NCBI GenBank assembly: GCA_046563655.1 | Contig: CM102284.1 | Span: forward strand, 8,060,001 to 8,124,000 | DNA: 64,000 nt | Source: Yuukianura sp. NJ FZ-2021 | Taxonomy: Eukaryota | Direction of reading: 5' to 3' | Shown: piece after piece, positions 61,201-64,000 of the stretch | How positions within the stretch are numbered: position 1 is the first letter of the stretch | Layout of the letters: each line of letters begins with the position of its first letter | Notes under the pieces: model-generated | What the model was told of the DNA's origin: nothing | What the model saw: the letters and a program-made list of their open reading frames with translations, nothing else | Databases searched by the model: none | Translations under genes and position numbers: made by a program

Positions 61201-64000
61201 GGCTGGAACTGGTGCTACCATTTGTAATTGAACTATTCAGTGACACTAACACGAGAGTCCTTGCTGTATGGGTTCTCTTTTGTCCATTTGCAAGAGCTAT
61301 CGGCAGAGCGAGTAAGTTTCAAAATTTCAAAAAATTATGATTTTTTTTTCAAATTTTGAAAATTGTGGATCTGTTTTTATGTTCTAGAAGCGATCAAAAC
61401 CCTTCTGCAACCGATTATACAAATCTATGAATCCGACTACAACTCAGACAAACATCTCAAGCTTTTCCACAGAAGTTTCTTGCTCCAACTCCAAAGTTGT
61501 TTTGGGCTAGACGTTTTTCTAGAAAACTTTACTACGCTGCTAATTGAAGCGATTGGAGGCTGGAAGCAACTGGAATCAACTTCGTCAACAGCCACTCCGT
61601 CACATCACTTGAAAGGAATGGCAGACGAAATAGAAGAAACTGCCAGTAGAAAACAAAATGAAGACAAAATGAACCGAAGTTTTGCCAGAACAGAGTCCAT
61701 TGCATGCTCAGTTGATGGAGGAGACACTGGAATTCCAGAAATATTTACAATGGAACCGGATTTCTCAGATTCAGAAGATTCCGGATCAGCGCCTCCAGTG
61801 ACAACAGCGACTTCCAGACCGAATTCAGCGTCTTCTGCCTCCGGTGTACCGACAGCATCGACTGAATCGGGTCAAGATGAGCTGGAAGCTATTGAATCTC
61901 ACTTTGGACATGAAGGATCCACTACCTCTGAAACGTCAGAAGTACGAAGTTTGAAGTTCAATTCCACTCAAGTGGACATAACTGAAATGTGCTGTGAAAG
62001 TGTAATGTGGTTGACACATCGTTTGGGACCAGTACTTTCTGCGAAGTACATTTCTAGAAACTTGTTACGTATGCTTACACTGTGCTATTTAGGACATTTG
62101 GAACAACCTAGTCAAAGTTCTAGTCAGAATGCTGAGTCGTCTTCGACGGAAGAAGTGTCGTGTCAAGGTGACTGCCATGCTGAGAAAGTTTTGGAATGTC
62201 TGAGCTCAATTTCTGGTAGGTTTTTAAAAATAAACGATTTTTACTTTGACATTTAGAATTTTGAATTTTGAATTTTTTTTTTCATGAATTTCTTAGATTT
62301 GTACGGCGACAGTTTTATAGAGCGGCAGTACATTCCGTATGCAATTGACGTGGTGAATTTTGCAAAGAAGCGGTTGACTGCCACAATTGAGTCGGCGCTG
62401 ATCGGAGTTTCGTCGTTATTGGAACATGTGCTAAATTGCATGGAAGATTCATTACTTGTCACTCTTTTGAACGTAAGCGAACTCGTTATATAGTAATAAA
62501 ATTTTTATAATTTATAATTGATTGAAATTGTTTAAAATATTTTAGGATCCTGTGATTTGCTCTCTGTTGAAACCGATTCTAGAGTTAGTCACTTCATCAC
62601 AGACGCAATTTCCTTCAGGATTTGAACCCAGGGCACTCATTGTGAAGAAGGTGAATTCATACAATAAATATATAATCAATTAGACAATTTGTATGTGTAC
62701 TTTCAAGTGTAAACTAAAATTTTGTTTCATTGAAGGTGGTGAGTATGATGAATGTTATTCGCCGTAAAGTTGGGCCAGACATAAGCCAACAAACCCTGAA
62801 ACCGCTGATTCTCCAAATCTGTGCCAGGATAAAAAACGTTTCCGTTGAAAGTGAAGACGATGGCAAAGTAATTTGAGTTCAACTTCAAAGAATTTGAATT
62901 TTTTAAAAATGTGTTCATGTTTTGATTTTGTTTGCTGTGAAAGGTTCCACAAAACATTGGTGCTGTGTTTGGACAGTGGCTAGCTTCCTCTATTTACACA
63001 AACTTCTATGCAATGGTCATTGGGTCAGAGTTCGAAGGGATGATTCGTGATATGGCCCTTGTCCAAGGCCACTCATCGTCAATTCCAACCCCAGGTTTCA
63101 TTTTTCACAAAAAACAGCATCTTCTTATTGCATAAAAATTGTAAAATTCCTGATTTATGTCTAGATTCTGGGAGAACCTGGGAGAAGGGCAATGCGTTTC
63201 CAAGAGTTGAGCAACAAAGTAGTTTTGGAAGCAGAAGTTTCGGAAATCGGATCTTTGTGGAAGAAGTAATCGTGAAGTTAACAATTAGTTAAAAGAAAAC
63301 ATTAGTTTACATTATTTGTTGATTTTTAGAGTGATGGAGGGGACAAAAGTGAGGTGACACCGCATTCTCCAGTTTCCCCACCGAAGGACACTACGAGGCA
63401 CTTGAAAGGGAATTGGTTGGTTTACTGGGACCATGAAGTGGGCCGCTCTTCAGCCAAATTCAACTTTAAACAAATCAAACTCCAAACGTTTTCTGGACAC
63501 ACGGCTTCCATTCGATCAATTTGGTCACTCAACAATGAAAACAGTTTTCTCACTAGCAGCAAAGACAAGACATGCAGAGTTTACTCATTGAGAAACCAGG
63601 TAAAATCTAATTCTTCCATAAGTTACAGTAATTCACATTGGTAATTAGTAATTCACATGAGTAATTAGTAATTCGCATGAGTAATTAGTAATTGAAAGTA
63701 GTTCGTAATTAGTAATTGAGTTCAGAATCTCAGTAGCCGACTATTTGACGCACACAGGTTCCAGAGTATTCACTGCAGAACGTGTTCAGGGCACAGGGCA
63801 GTTTTAAATCTGCAGCGCCATAGTGCTTCACAAGACACTTCTCACCTGGTTTTACGAAACAGGCAGTTCCCCTTTCCTGTTTAACAAAAGCCTTTCTGAA
63901 TACTGTTTTTTAAAAAGTTTTCGAAAAGGTTTTTTTTTTAAACTTACGGGGTCAGGCATCCCTGTGGCATGATTGACTCTGATAGTTTCCGTTCCATGAC
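58234..64000 (+). CDS. WDR81: WD repeat and BEACH domain protein 81 (3' end outside window)
   Basis: BEACH motifs [109 protein letters not shown]; first WD40 GHTASIRS. Last exon seen ends at 63599. Confidence 0.93.
60420..60535. repeat. 20-bp intronic tandem repeat
   Basis: taaaacgtttt(g/t).tttc.ct repeated about 6 times. Confidence 0.85.

Noticed and set aside
63720-64000. Possible TE inserted in a WDR81 intron
   Set aside because: Cut by the window edge; termini and TSD cannot be assessed.

Overview
AT-rich eukaryotic DNA with short GT-AG introns (mostly ~60-90 nt) and arthropod-like proteins; a hexapod such as a springtail is plausible, but that is inference only. Positions 1-20 kb contain no convincing CDS: they hold MITEs, minisatellites and a possible 5' UTR exon of a minus-strand gene running off the left edge. 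Positions 20.6-27.8 kb hold three secreted or GPI-type protein genes (ENPP phosphodiesterase, an orphan Cys-rich protein, a DUF1397/27-kDa-haemolymph-like gene with a probable GC-AG intron). Positions 28.7-64 kb are a dense housekeeping block: deoxynucleoside kinase, UXS1, BTBD8-like, TBL1/ebi, DHRS7B-like, PWWP2-like, VMA21, TAPT1, SAM-domain protein, a transposase-HTH-derived gene and WDR81 (truncated by the window end). Most notable: (1) a spliced gene fusing an acidic N-terminus to an IS630/Tc1-type transposase DNA-binding region without the DDE domain, a candidate domesticated transposase, with a nested hAT/Tc1-mariner MITE carrying a 45-bp array directly upstream; (2) a deoxynucleoside kinase with a remodelled base-binding pocket; (3) a PWWP2-like gene apparently lacking the PWWP domain. 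No prokaryotic system or true CRISPR array is present. All family assignments come from motif recognition by eye, not database searches.
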